From: Mobula birostris
Lineage: Eukaryota
Direction of reading: 5' to 3'
Length of the DNA stretch: 64,000 bases
Assembly: GCF_030028105.1 (NCBI RefSeq)
Contig: NC_092392.1
Span: forward strand, 3,550,613-3,614,612
Each line of letters opens with the position of its first letter. Position 1 is the first letter of the stretch. Of this stretch, positions 62,390 to 64,000 are shown piece by piece. The translations under genes were made by a program, and so were the position numbers. The notes under the pieces are model-generated. The model did not search any database. It was not told the DNA's origin and worked only from the letters and a program-made list of their open reading frames with translations.

Positions 62390-64000
62390 ATGGGGGATTT
62401 CAACATGCAGGTAGACTGGGAAAATCAGGTTGGTACTGGAGCCCAAGAAAGGGAGTTTGTGGAATGCCTCAGAGATGGATTCTTAGAGCAGCTTGTATTA
62501 GAGCCTACCAGAGAGAAGGCAATTCTGGATTTAGTGTTGTGTAATGAACCGGATTTGATAAGGGAACTCGAAGCAAAGGAGCCATTAGCAGGTAGTGACC
62601 ATAATATGATGTTTTAATCTACAATTTGAGAGGGAGAAGGGAAAATCGAAAGCGTCAGTATTACAGTTGAACAAAGGGGACTATGGACCCATAAGGGAGG
62701 AGCTGGCCAAAGTTTGACTGAAAAGATACTCTAGCAGGGATGACAGTGGAACAACAATGGCAGGTATTTCTGGGAATAATACAGAAGGTGCAGGATCAGT
62801 TCATTCCAAAGAGGAAGAAAGATTCTAAAAGGAGTAAGGGGTGACCGTGGATGACAAGGGAAGTCAAGGACAGTATAAAAATAAAAGAGAGGAAGTATAA
62901 CATAGCAAGGATGAGCGGGAAGCCAGAGGATTGGGAGACTTTTAAGGAGCAACAGAAGATAACTAAAAAGGCAATATGGGGGGGAAAGATGAGGTATGAA
63001 GGTAAGCTAGCCAAGAATATAAAGGAGGATAGTAAAAGCTTCTTTAGGTATGTGAAGAGGAAAAAAATTAGTTAAGACCAAAGTTGGGCCCTTGAAGACA
63101 GAAACGGGTGAAATTATTATGGGGTACAAGGAAAAGGCAGATGAGCTGAACAGGTACTTTGGATCTGTCTTCACTAGGGAAGACACAGACAATCTCCCAG
63201 ATGTAATAGTGGCCGGTGGACCTAGGGTAACGGAGGAACTTAAGGAAATTCACATTAGGCAGAAAATGGTGTTGGATAGACTGATGGGACTGAAAGCTGA
63301 TAAATCCCCTGGGCCTGATGGTCTGCATCCCAGGATACTTAAGGAGGTGGCTCTAGAAATCATGGACGCATTGGTAATCATTTTCCAATGTTCGATAGAT
63401 TCAGGATCATTTCCTGCGGATTGGATGGTAGCTAATGTTATCCCGCTTTTTAAGAAAGGAGGGAGAAAGAAAACAGGCAATTATAGACCAGTTAGTCTGA
63501 CATCAGTGGTGGGGAAGATGCTGGAGTCAATTATAAAAGATGAAATAGTGGCATATTTGGATAGAAGTAGCAGGATTGGTCCGAGTCAGCATGGATTTAC
63601 GAAGGGGAAATCATGCTTGACTAATCTTCTGGAATTTTTTGAGGATGTAACTATGAAAATGGACATGGGAAAGCCAGTGGATGTAGTGTACCTGGACTTT
63701 CAGAAAGCCTTTGATAAGGTCCCACATAGGAGATTAGTGGGCAAAATTAGAGGACATGGTATCGGGGGTAGGGTACTGACATGGACAGAAAATTAGTTGG
63801 CAGACAGGGAACAAAGAGTAGGGATTAACGGGTCTTTTTCAGAATGGCAGGCAGTGACTAGTGGGGTACCGCAAGGCTCGGTGCTGGGTCCGCAGCTATT
63901 TACAATATATATTAATGATTTAGATGAAGGGATTAAAAGTAACATTAGCAAATTTGCAGGTGACACATAGCTGGGTGACAGTGTGAAATGTGAGGAGGAT
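62390..64000 (+). mobile_element. CR1 LINE ORF2 (endonuclease C-terminus and RT), runs off the window
   Basis: MGDFN...LDLVLCNE...GSDHN (APE-type endonuclease); [44 protein letters not shown]. Several stops and frameshifts. Confidence 0.95.

Noticed and set aside
1-64000. CRISPR array or prokaryotic defence system (RT plus ncRNA, retron-like)
   Set aside because: The DNA is vertebrate. The RTs are CR1 and Rex1 LINE types, and the recurring short motifs are dispersed, not regularly spaced.

Overview
Eukaryotic, repeat-rich, gapped genomic window (N gaps at 2256-2450 and 3171-3477). The repeat repertoire (CR1 and Rex1-type LINEs, Penelope-like elements, V-SINE and DeuSINE-like SINEs, Tc1 and hAT elements) points to a cartilaginous fish, probably a ray or skate (inference). 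The only host gene I can support is the 3' end of CHCHD3 (MIC19, MICOS subunit) on the minus strand. It shows a 136-nt exon encoding the twin CX9C CHCH domain (37429-37564) and a terminal exon encoding SLLGKGG-stop (24470-24493), separated by a 12.9-kb intron. I found no upstream exon in 37565-64000, so that part is probably intronic. Most long ORFs in the track are transposon fragments or spurious. The most interesting signal is a dispersed family of about 13 minimal type-I hammerhead ribozyme motifs (CAGUC-CUGAnGA-stem II-GAAACGUH-GACUG) in Penelope-like pseudo-LTRs. Two copies have intact cores (15416-15453 minus, 43944-43979 plus). Some copies sit in short hairpin-shaped, ORF-less units, one flanked by an 11-bp target-site duplication, suggesting a retrozyme-like non-autonomous element. 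Several nested insertions with readable TSDs give a relative transposon chronology. Repeat boundaries are approximate and were read by eye.
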